A stretch of DNA of 10,363 nucleotides. It comes from Candidatus Bruticola sp. (GTDB taxonomy: Bacteria > Vulcanimicrobiota > Xenobia > Xenobiales > Xenobiaceae). Below are positions 1 through 7,852 of this stretch, one piece after another. The position numbers were made by a program, and so were the translations under genes. The stretch spans positions 1 through 10,363 of the forward strand of contig JBJEGD010000032.1 of assembly GCA_051874735.1 (NCBI GenBank). Reading direction: 5' to 3'. Positions within the stretch are counted from its first letter, which is position 1. Each line of letters begins with the position of its first letter. The notes beneath the pieces were generated by a model. That model was not told where the DNA came from. It did no database searches and was given only the letters and a program-made list of their open reading frames with translations.

Positions 1-30
1 GTTGATTATGCCCGTTAAATTTATGCCCAT
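1..30 (-). CDS. 5' fragment of a gene running off the window (MGINLTGIIN...); probably the large DNA methyltransferase (type IIG/DrmMI-like) partner of the SNF2 helicase
   Basis: ATG at 30..28 lies 1 nt after the helicase TGA (TGA-G-ATG), followed by 10 open codons to the window edge; too short for the ORF track. The (D/N)LTGIxN start resembles, from memory, methyltransferases that follow this helicase family. The product call is inference. Confidence 0.55.
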   Translation of the reverse strand, partial: MGINLTGIIN

Positions 31-31
31 C

Positions 32-2956
32 TCAGGCCCCCATAAAAACAGCGGCTATACGTATATAAGGCACATCTTGAACTTCGCGAGTGTCATGCAC
101 TAATTGAGTCAAATCATCGAAAATATCGCTAGTCTCTCTTAATACGACAATCTTTTTCATCTTGTCCCGACGGTTTTTATCGTTGAAGCTTTCGTGTTTT
201 TTCCTTAAATCGTCAATTTTATCTAACTCGCATTGAACTTGCTGATCGACAGCCTGCTTGTAAGCGATGCGGCGCTGCTCCAAATGTTCCCTAACCTGCC
301 TGACGACATCGGCCCGCAACTGCAAAGCCTCCTCCAGCTTATCTTGACCTGCCCCGCCGCGGTTTACAGGAGTGCCGTTTAAATCAGCGCGGTTAATAAC
401 CTCATCCATAGAAAGTTCCCGCTCAAAGCGGCCATTTACGTAATAGAGACCGAACAAGTCATCGACCAGAGGATCGGAACGGCGGTTAGGCAACGTACCG
501 GAAACAACAAAGATAATTTCCCCAGCTTCTAAGCTGTCTAACGTGGTTACCGGAGCACAACCTCGCGGGAAAAGCAGAGTACAAGTATAATTGAGCCAAT
601 TTATAACAGGATGAAGCGGCCACAGATACTGTATTTTAGGCCACGCTCTTCCTAAAGCGCTGTTTTGCTCGTTGCGCTTCATCGATTCCATACAGATCTT
701 TTTATCATCAGAAAGGCGGAGCGTATTCCCTTCAGGCATCATCTCTTCGGGGATAGCGTCAATTAAACGCTCTTTCAAAACATTTAAATTCAAATCGAAA
801 ACGCGTCCGGAATCGTCCTTAGCGAAAATCCAATCTTTACTTTTATAAACTTCCTCGTTTAGATGGATTAAAGCCAATCTCAAGTAATCACTATCGGCAA
901 ATAAAGTGCGGTCCGTAACTAAATCAGCTGTGCCTGCATAATCTTGATGATGGCATAAGTCGTCGTCCAGGATCGGGGTCGGCTCCTCAAAATCGGCAAA
1001 GAAATCTTCAAAGAAGTCGTCGTCAGACTCTTCAAATTCAATCTGCTGACCAGACTGCTTAGCCATATAAGCCGCAGTTTTCCCCTCTTCTTCCTCGACC
1101 GACTGCCATTTATTGAGTAAAAAAGGATCGCCTATATTTTTGTAAGCCTCTTCTTCTTTGCTCTTTAAAATTTTTAAAATATGGGCGTCGCCGTTAATAG
1201 CTTCATTATTTTTACTCTTGATTTCTAAATAGCCTATATGGGGACTTTTTTCCTGACCGTAACGATCGATACGACCGTTGCGCTGCTGGAAGACCATTAA
1301 AGACCAGGGAATATCGAAGTGGATTAACCGGTGACAACAATAGTGCAGATTTAAACCTTCAGCGGCGACATCGGAAGCAACCAAAATGCGCACTTCCTTG
1401 CGTTCATCGCCAAAGTCTTCTACTATTTGCTGCTGTTCAGTATCCTTCATCTTGCCAGAAATAGTCTGCACTACACCGTCTTTTAACCTAAGATCTTTCT
1501 TCAACCTGGCGGCCAAAAATTCCATCGTTTTAATGCGCTCAGTAAAAATAATCAAGCGGTCCTTAGGATCGTTCTTGTTCCAACCGTAATCAGAACTTTT
1601 AAGCAGCTGCAATAATTTTTGATAACGAGAGAACTGAGCCACATCAATTTTATCTACAGCTTGTTTGAGAGCTTCCAAACGGGCAATATCAGGGCAATCG
1701 TCGGGGGTCTGCCCATTTTCGGCCGATTTCTTTCTAAGCTTTTTTAAACGCTCGTCGATAGTCTCTGAACAAGCCTGCGGACTGGAAAAAAGAGATTTAG
1801 TCAAAATTTGTTTAAAGAACATATCGCCTGTGTTCTTCAACTTTCTTTGATCCATGTCCAAATTTAAATCGGTTAGCACTTTATAGGCCTCTTCTTCAAG
1901 CTCAGACGCCATACACTCATAATTAGTAACTACGCGATCGGCCAAAGCTTGGGCAGAATCGATCTCATTTTTAATGTCATTTCTAAAACGACGGATATAC
2001 AGCCCCTTGACGTCTTCCTTAGAATAGTTAGAAGGATCGGCAATAGCCGTAGGATCGAGCATAGTCATTAAAGAGGCGAAGCTGGCAGCCCGGCCATCGT
2101 GAGGTGTGGCGGAAAGCATAATCATGGCGTCGCTGCGCTTAGCTAAAAGTTTAGCTAACTTAGAGCGCTTGGCTAAATTTTTGCCTGAGCTGCGCTCAGC
2201 GACATTGTGAGCCTCATCTACAATAATAATATCCCAGTAAGCCCCTTCCAAATAATTATTGTATTTAGAATTGTATTTCAAAGTATCAATAGAAATAATA
2301 GCCTTATCGTAGTACCAAAGCGGATTGTAATTGGAGGGCATCTGGCTGGCTATTCTTTGAATTTTGCTGGAATCTAGACTAACTAAAGGAATAGTAAAGC
2401 GATTCCACATTTCCGTTTGCAGCTGCTTCATCATACTCTTTAAGGCCACTACTAAAATTCGGCGCCCTTTGCCTCGAGCGATCAGCTCAGAAATAAGTAC
2501 GCCGGCCTCTAAAGTTTTACCTAAGCCCACAGAATCGGCAATTAAAATGCGCTGCTGCAAATGTTCTAAGGCTTGCATAGCCGGTCGGAACTGATAATCC
2601 ATGGAGTCCATAGCCGCTCGGTGACCAATATGCAAATTATTGTCGGTAGGAATACGCTGACGCCATAAACCTTCCAAAAACAGACGAGTGCGCGTATAGT
2701 AGCTAGAAGTATCGGCCACAAATTGAGTTTCTAACGGATTGACAATTTTTATTTCTTCTAAACCAGAGAGGAAAATAACCTCGCGTCCCCTGACTAACGG
2801 AGAAAGACCTAAGCAAGTAAGACTCTCTTCACCTAAACCATTAATAACGACTTTCTTTACAAGCCACTCTTCATCGCGAATAATGGTTCTCATACCGGGA
2901 GCATATTTAGTCTCTTCGCTATGCAAATTTTTCTCATTAGCAGAATGTTCAGCCAT
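32..2956 (-). CDS. SNF2-family (SF2) helicase/ATPase, DISARM DrmD-like
   Basis: Intact motifs: Q-motif (MDYQ), Walker A ADSVGLGKT, Walker B IIIVDEAH, III LSATPH, IV IIFTERIKT, V SDVAAEGLNL, VI QRNGRIDRYGQ. The N-terminal PGMRTIIRDEEWLV resembles defence-associated SNF2 proteins. ATG at 2956 is preferred; an in-frame TTG at 2968 is the alternative start. Confidence 0.9.
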   Translation of the reverse strand: MAEHSANEKNLHSEETKYAPGMRTIIRDEEWLVKKVVINGLGEESLTCLGLSPLVRGREVIFLSGLEEIKIVNPLETQFVADTSSYYTRTRLFLEGLWRQRIPTDNNLHIGHRAAMDSMDYQFRPAMQALEHLQQRILIADSVGLGKTLEAGVLISELIARGKGRRILVVALKSMMKQLQTEMWNRFTIPLVSLDSSKIQRIASQMPSNYNPLWYYDKAIISIDTLKYNSKYNNYLEGAYWDIIIVDEAHNVAERSSGKNLAKRSKLAKLLAKRSDAMIMLSATPHDGRAASFASLMTMLDPTAIADPSNYSKEDVKGLYIRRFRNDIKNEIDSAQALADRVVTNYECMASELEEEAYKVLTDLNLDMDQRKLKNTGDMFFKQILTKSLFSSPQACSETIDERLKKLRKKSAENGQTPDDCPDIARLEALKQAVDKIDVAQFSRYQKLLQLLKSSDYGWNKNDPKDRLIIFTERIKTMEFLAARLKKDLRLKDGVVQTISGKMKDTEQQQIVEDFGDERKEVRILVASDVAAEGLNLHYCCHRLIHFDIPWSLMVFQQRNGRIDRYGQEKSPHIGYLEIKSKNNEAINGDAHILKILKSKEEEAYKNIGDPFLLNKWQSVEEEEGKTAAYMAKQSGQQIEFEESDDDFFEDFFADFEEPTPILDDDLCHHQDYAGTADLVTDRTLFADSDYLRLALIHLNEEVYKSKDWIFAKDDSGRVFDLNLNVLKERLIDAIPEEMMPEGNTLRLSDDKKICMESMKRNEQNSALGRAWPKIQYLWPLHPVINWLNYTCTLLFPRGCAPVTTLDSLEAGEIIFVVSGTLPNRRSDPLVDDLFGLYYVNGRFERELSMDEVINRADLNGTPVNRGGAGQDKLEEALQLRADVVRQVREHLEQRRIAYKQAVDQQVQCELDKIDDLRKKHESFNDKNRRDKMKKIVVLRETSDIFDDLTQLVHDTREVQDVPYIRIAAVFMGA

Positions 2957-2973
2957 TTTCTTACCCAACCGAT

Positions 2974-3024
2974 AAAAAATATGGTAGCCCGGTCATCAAT
3001 AATAGCTATGTAACCAGGCTAACC
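2974..3024 (-). terminator. Terminator/attenuator-like hairpin just upstream of the helicase start
   Basis: On the - strand, GGUUAGCCUGGU pairs with ACCGGGCUACC (11 bp with one bulge and one U-G pair) and is followed by AUAUUUUUU. The loop region is large. Confidence 0.4.
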
Positions 3025-3066
3025 TAACTTTGTGATATACGCGAGCGGAAGCGGCGATTCCTGGTG

Positions 3067-3109
3067 TTTGACTGTCCCAAAAATGTCCAAAAACAGTCGT
3101 TTTGTCAAA
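3067..3109. promoter_or_regulatory. Candidate operator/promoter: phased direct repeats, inverted repeats and a TTGACA hexamer
   Basis: Direct repeats TGTCCCAAAAA and TGTCCAAAAA (3073, 3084); inverted pairs GACTGT/ACAGTC and TTTGAC/GTCAAA. A perfect TTGACA on the - strand (3108..3103) has only a weak -10 (CATTTT) at 17 bp. Confidence 0.35.
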
Positions 3110-3347
3110 TTGTGGTCATGTAGAGAACTAATAAACCTAACAATTAACCAAGGGTGGCGGCGCAATTAAGTTTTATATTTTCTTTAATAGACAGCTTAAA
3201 ACAGCCTAAGCTAAAAAACTATTAAATAAGCAGGTAAAACAAAAAACAATTCCAAAGGCGATCTGACAATGTCTATAAAATAACTATCGCTTTTTATTCT
3301 AGATAGGCGCCAGACGGAGCGAAACTTAATTTAATGTAGGGACGAAT

Positions 3348-3353
3348 CATAAT
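3348..3353 (+). promoter_or_regulatory. Candidate sigma70-type -10 element for a leaderless ABC transporter mRNA
   Basis: CATAAT (5/6 match to TATAAT) is separated from ATG 3360 by 6 nt, and there is no Shine-Dalgarno at normal spacing. Confidence 0.4.
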
Positions 3354-3359
3354 ATATCT

Positions 3360-5105
3360 ATGCCGGACTTTAAAAACCAATCAGAATTACAAATTTTTCT
3401 ATCTTACTTTAAACCACATAAAAAGCTCTTCTTTTTAGATATGTCCTGCGCTTTGGCCATATCGATTATAGATTTAGCTTTTCCGGCAGTATCGCGCTGG
3501 TGCCTCTACACGCTGCTACCTCAGCAAGCTTGGCGAACTTTTTGGCTGGTTATGGCTATAATAACTGTTGCTTACGTGCTGCGATCTATTTTTACTTATA
3601 CAGTATCTTACTGGGGCCATCGGTTCGGTATACTCGTAGAAAATGATATTAGGCGCGATCTCTTCTGCCATATACAAAAACTCAGCTACGATTTTTTTGA
3701 CAACAACCGAGTAGGCAGCCTTATGAGCCGTCTGACCGCCGATCTTTTTGAAATTACTGAATTGGCGCATCACGGACCAGAAGATATTTTTATATCAACC
3801 CTAACCATAGTCGGCTCCTTAATTATGATGTTCATCATTGAATGGCGCTTAGCCTTAGTTATTGCCGTCATGTTGCCCATTTTTATGCTAGTGGTGCGCC
3901 ATTTCCGCTTGGCCATGCGTGATGCCTCACGGCGAGTCAAAAAAGTTACGGCAACTATAAATGCCGACTTTGAATCAGGCCTTTCTGGCATCAGAACGGC
4001 CAAAGCCTTTGCTAATGAAAATATAGAGCTGCTAAAATTTGACAGCGCTAACCGCCACTACCGACGCTCTAAATATCAATTTCATAAAGCGATGGGACGC
4101 TTTAATGCGGTGATGGATTTCTGCGTCTGTATGTTGTCAGTAGCAGTAATTGCTGCCGGCGGCGCCCTCATTATGGCCGACAAACTCAATCTTATTGATT
4201 TAATTACTTTCAGCCTCTATATAACCACTTTCGTTACCCCAGTGCGCCGCCTCGCTTTTACCGCCACGGAACTACTGGCCAACGGCACCGCCGGCTTACA
4301 CCGTTTTGTCGAACTTATGCGCACAGAGCCTACTCTTAAAGATGATCCTCAAGCCCAAAAATTGGCCAATGTCAAAGGACAAATAGACATTAAAAACGTT
4401 TCCTTTGCTTATAAAGAGGGCGTTGAAGTGCTGCACAATATTTCGTTAAGCATAAAACCGGGCGAAACTATCGCTTTTGTGGGCTCTTCAGGCGGCGGGA
4501 AAACGACCTTAAGCCAACTTATTCCGCGCTTTTATGACGTCAAACAAGGGAGCATCTGTATAGATGGACATGATGTGCGCAGCGTTACTCAAGAATCGCT
4601 GCATCAGAATATAGGCGTAGTTTCTCAAGATATATTCCTATTTGCCGACAGCATTTTGGAAAATATCCGCTACGGCAAATTAGAGGCTTCAGAAGCAGAA
4701 GTAATTAAAGCGGCCCAATTGGCAGAAATTTACGAAGATATAGCTGCTATGCCAGAAGGCTTGCAAAGCAACGCAGGCGAGCGCGGCACTCTCCTCTCCG
4801 GCGGCCAAAAACAGCGCATCTCTATTGCCAGAATATTCCTCAAAAACCCGCCGATACTCATTTTAGACGAAGCTACTTCAGCCTTAGATAGCGTTACGGA
4901 AGCGAAAATTCAAAGAACTTTCGATAAGCTCTCGGCGGGGCGCACCACCATTGTTATTGCGCATCGCCTCTCGACAGTCAAAAACGCTGACCGGATCGCT
5001 GTCATAGAAGAAGGGCGCCTTATCGAAATAGGCACTCACCAAGAGCTGCTAAGCCGCGGCGGCGCCTACGCTTCTTTAGTACAGACCCAAGAATTAAAAG
5101 ATTGA
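3360..5105 (+). CDS. Fused ABC exporter permease/ATP-binding protein (type IV, MsbA/Sav1866 fold; B. subtilis YwjA-like)
   Basis: N-terminal multi-pass TM domain with YWGH and ELAHHGPED segments; Walker A GSSGGGKTT, Q-loop VSQD, signature LSGGQKQR, Walker B/D-loop ILILDEATSALD, H-loop IAHRL. Confidence 0.95.
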   Translation: MPDFKNQSELQIFLSYFKPHKKLFFLDMSCALAISIIDLAFPAVSRWCLYTLLPQQAWRTFWLVMAIITVAYVLRSIFTYTVSYWGHRFGILVENDIRRDLFCHIQKLSYDFFDNNRVGSLMSRLTADLFEITELAHHGPEDIFISTLTIVGSLIMMFIIEWRLALVIAVMLPIFMLVVRHFRLAMRDASRRVKKVTATINADFESGLSGIRTAKAFANENIELLKFDSANRHYRRSKYQFHKAMGRFNAVMDFCVCMLSVAVIAAGGALIMADKLNLIDLITFSLYITTFVTPVRRLAFTATELLANGTAGLHRFVELMRTEPTLKDDPQAQKLANVKGQIDIKNVSFAYKEGVEVLHNISLSIKPGETIAFVGSSGGGKTTLSQLIPRFYDVKQGSICIDGHDVRSVTQESLHQNIGVVSQDIFLFADSILENIRYGKLEASEAEVIKAAQLAEIYEDIAAMPEGLQSNAGERGTLLSGGQKQRISIARIFLKNPPILILDEATSALDSVTEAKIQRTFDKLSAGRTTIVIAHRLSTVKNADRIAVIEEGRLIEIGTHQELLSRGGAYASLVQTQELKD

Positions 5106-5204
5106 CCGCTCACAGCCCACACTAGCTATGAAACGCAGCTTATAGCGCACGCTACGAACTGAGCTGAATTATTTTAAAGAAGACTGCTGCTAATTACTGC
5201 GCTG

Positions 5205-6821
5205 CTACTTAGCCGCAGCCTGTAAATTGATCTCGACCTCGAAAAGGCGCCGCCAGGGCAGTCTAACCTGCAGTTGCCAGTCGTTTTCTTCAGACCAAGC
5301 AGAAAGCAGCTCTTTGAGGTGCACTTCAAGCTCGGCTTTTATTTCAGCTTCATAGTAGCGCGCTGAATCTGGTTCCAAAATTACAAAAGATCCGCCCGCC
5401 AGAGCGCTTAACCGTGGACGAATTACAGTTTGGTAAAAGTAGTCATCGAGCAACCGTTCTATCAGAAAACGGCGGCAGCGACGGCATAGCTCCTCTGGCT
5501 GGCCAGCCTCTGACCCGCCAGTTTTTCCCTGGCTAGTGCGCTGCCAAGCAGAAGCAGCCGCAGCCCAAGCTAAAACTGTGCCTAAACTGTTGCCCAAAGT
5601 GTTCCAGCCGCTATAGCCGCATAAATTTTTTAGGCAACCGCTCTGGATAAGCCAATTCACAAGTTGACCAGATCCACCGTTAGCATAAGCTAAATCGGCC
5701 ACAAAAACGGTTCTTCCCTGTTCTAAAGAGTTGAGCAGTTCCGCCCGCCATTGACTCCATAAAGGTTCAGGCAGATCGGCTCCATGTTCTACCTGCTGAC
5801 AAGCTTCTAACTGATGCTGCCAAGGGGCATAAATAAAAATTTGCGCCGCCCACTCTCCGCCTTGACCCTTTTCCAGCAACTCAGCTCCTAACCATCGCGC
5901 CTGCGCCGCTAAAACTTCGGCCAAAGTTTGGCCCTCATATAGCCCGATCTGTTCGGAAGCCCCACGATAGGGCCAGACAATTTCTAATTTACCCTGAGGC
6001 CATATGGCCCTGGCTAAAAGCAGCATAGCCGTTTCATCGGTGCCCGCTCCCAATGAAGCAGAAGGGCAGTTAGCTAAGCCCATTTGCAAAAACTTAGCCT
6101 CCCACAAGTTGAAACCCGCTGTTTTACTGTCGTCGAGTCCGAAGGCTAAATAACGGCAACTATCTATTGGCTGACACTGCAGATCGGCCTCAGTCTGCAA
6201 CCAACTGGCTAAAAGGCTGCAGTTGGCTCGATCTTTGCGGCGGCGCATTTCCAAATATTTACTTAAAAAGGTAGAATTAAGCTGGTAAGCCGCTGCCCAA
6301 CTGCGGCCGCTTAACACCTCTTTTTCAATTTCCGCCCGCATTTTTTCGGGACAGCGGCTGTGTACTTCTTCAAACTGTGCAGCAGCTGCTTGGGAAAGTT
6401 CAGTCAGGCGCACCGCAGCACGGACATCAGCCGCCGTATATTGTGTAGGCGCAGCCCGCATAATAGAAGAGAAAAGCAAAAGGGGCCAAGTTCGCGACTG
6501 ACGCCAAAACTGAGCTGCAATTTTATCTAATGACGACGGATCAGCCGGACAACGGGCACTCACTAAACCGCCGTAAAAAAGAGCGTCAGCCGACACTATG
6601 CAGCCAGCCAGACGGTCGCTTTCTGAAGCTGCCGCTGCCGCCATCCAGCCTAACAAAGACAACGCGTAGGGGTTGGCTCTCTCAGGAAGACGCTTGTCCT
6701 CCCCTCGCCAGTACTGCTCGGGAGGCAGAGTCACACGACAACCGGCAATTTCCGCTAAACGCTGCGGAAACTGCCAGCAGCAAGGACGATCATCGAGGGG
6801 TAGTAGCAGTAGAGAGGGCAT
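5205..6821 (-). CDS. DUF4127 family protein (function unknown)
   Basis: 538 aa with characteristic blocks LPLDDRPC, SADALFYGGLVSAR, FGLDD, GTDE, VADLAYANGG, YSGWNTLGNSLG, ERLLDDYFYQ and LPWRRLFEV. No signal peptide. Confidence 0.85.
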   Translation of the reverse strand: MPSLLLLPLDDRPCCWQFPQRLAEIAGCRVTLPPEQYWRGEDKRLPERANPYALSLLGWMAAAAASESDRLAGCIVSADALFYGGLVSARCPADPSSLDKIAAQFWRQSRTWPLLLFSSIMRAAPTQYTAADVRAAVRLTELSQAAAAQFEEVHSRCPEKMRAEIEKEVLSGRSWAAAYQLNSTFLSKYLEMRRRKDRANCSLLASWLQTEADLQCQPIDSCRYLAFGLDDSKTAGFNLWEAKFLQMGLANCPSASLGAGTDETAMLLLARAIWPQGKLEIVWPYRGASEQIGLYEGQTLAEVLAAQARWLGAELLEKGQGGEWAAQIFIYAPWQHQLEACQQVEHGADLPEPLWSQWRAELLNSLEQGRTVFVADLAYANGGSGQLVNWLIQSGCLKNLCGYSGWNTLGNSLGTVLAWAAAASAWQRTSQGKTGGSEAGQPEELCRRCRRFLIERLLDDYFYQTVIRPRLSALAGGSFVILEPDSARYYEAEIKAELEVHLKELLSAWSEENDWQLQVRLPWRRLFEVEINLQAAAK

Positions 6822-6827
6822 AATAGA

Positions 6828-7523
6828 CTAGCAGTAAATTTGGTCGATAGCTTTGCGGAAAGCGGCCACTTTCTCGCCTAAATAAGCGGTACCTAATTCA
6901 GTAACCACCGCACCTATAGCAATACCGGAAACACCCACTTCCTGCAAATATTTAACTTCGTCGGGGCGTATTTTTTTCTGAGTAGGCACAATAACGGGGA
7001 CGCCGGCACTGCGTACTAAGCGTTTGTAGCGGCATAAATCGGCCGCCGTCAGTCTCGTGCGGTAAAGATCGCGTGGAATAATAGACGACTCTATAACGTC
7101 GACTCCTAAACTTACTAAATCTTGAACAAATTCAGGGGTCCAATCGGGGCCCACCGCCGACATATGAGCCAGTTCTTTCCACTTCAAATATTCCGGGGGG
7201 AGATGATGGGCGAAAAGATCCCAAAAATCGAAACCGAATTGGCGTATAGCGGACAGTTCGTGGGCGTCAGGAACCACCTCAGCTCCAGTTACAACGCCTA
7301 AAGGGATATGCGGACGCACTACTTCTGCTACTTTAGCTATTTTTTCCGCTTCCTGTTCCCAGCTTCCAAAGTTAGTACCGCTGGCAAAGTGGGCGCAGTT
7401 TAAGTGAACTTTTACCGCGTCAGCTCCGTTTTCTAAGGCAATGCGGGCTAAATTAGGATCGTTCTGAGTAAGACTAACTAGAAGTACAAATTTACTGGAG
7501 AAAGCTTTTAATAAACTGTGCAT
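6828..7523 (-). CDS. Uncharacterised (beta/alpha)8 barrel protein, ribulose-phosphate-binding-barrel-like
   Basis: Alternating beta/alpha pattern (LLVSL, GADAVKVH, PLGVV, GFDFWD, GVDVIE, PVIVP, GVSGIAIGAV). AGGAAG overlaps the upstream stop; start is ATG 7523 or TTG 7526; 6-nt gap to the DUF4127 ATG. Confidence 0.7.
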   Translation of the reverse strand: MHSLLKAFSSKFVLLVSLTQNDPNLARIALENGADAVKVHLNCAHFASGTNFGSWEQEAEKIAKVAEVVRPHIPLGVVTGAEVVPDAHELSAIRQFGFDFWDLFAHHLPPEYLKWKELAHMSAVGPDWTPEFVQDLVSLGVDVIESSIIPRDLYRTRLTAADLCRYKRLVRSAGVPVIVPTQKKIRPDEVKYLQEVGVSGIAIGAVVTELGTAYLGEKVAAFRKAIDQIYC

Positions 7524-7535
7524 CAATTACACTTC

Positions 7536-7745
7536 CTAACAAGTAATATCGAGATTGCGTCCCACATATTTACTGCGCAAGTAACGTGCTTTCATTTCGT
7601 CGGGCAGCTTTATAGAACTGCCGCAATAAGGACAACTGATCGACTCATTTTCTAAAGCTCTAGTTAAATGTTCGTCATCTAACAGCGCACGACAGTGCGG
7701 ACACGCTATTTTACGAGCAGTTTCGATACGGCTCAGTTCGCTCAT
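7536..7745 (-). CDS. Small zinc-ribbon protein (CxxC-x19-CxxC), 69 aa
   Basis: CPHC and CPYC knuckles; strong AGGAGG 8 nt before the ATG; first gene of the three-gene operon. Confidence 0.8.
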   Translation of the reverse strand: MSELSRIETARKIACPHCRALLDDEHLTRALENESISCPYCGSSIKLPDEMKARYLRSKYVGRNLDITC

Positions 7746-7753
7746 TGGTTAAG

Positions 7754-7759
7754 CCTCCT
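7754..7759 (-). promoter_or_regulatory. Shine-Dalgarno site of the Zn-ribbon gene
   Basis: AAAAGGAGG-CTTAACCA-ATG on the - strand. Confidence 0.85.
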
Positions 7760-7831
7760 TTTCAGCTGCTCCAACGCTTAACTAATGCGGATACAGCCTG
7801 CAGCAATTCGCCGCTCAACGGATAACTCCCC

Positions 7832-7852
7832 GCCTTTAGACAGGTTAAAGGC
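7832..7852. promoter_or_regulatory. 7-7-7 inverted repeat, candidate operator between divergent genes
   Basis: GCCTTTA-GACAGGT-TAAAGGC with perfect arms. Confidence 0.3.

Noticed and set aside
1386-2975. Short + strand ORFs (1386, 1665, 2364, 2739)
   Set aside because: Antisense shadows of the helicase with no recognisable motifs.
2969-3359. Genomic-island boundary or att site beside the helicase
   Set aside because: No tRNA, integrase or paired direct repeat is visible, and AT-richness alone is normal for a divergent promoter region.
3516-4003. Short - strand ORFs within the ABC gene
   Set aside because: Antisense shadows of a well-supported gene.
5106-5204. Possible terminator between the convergent ABC and DUF4127 genes
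   Set aside because: Only 5-bp dyads (GCTAT/ATAGC, TAGCG/CGCTA) and no convincing stem plus U tract.
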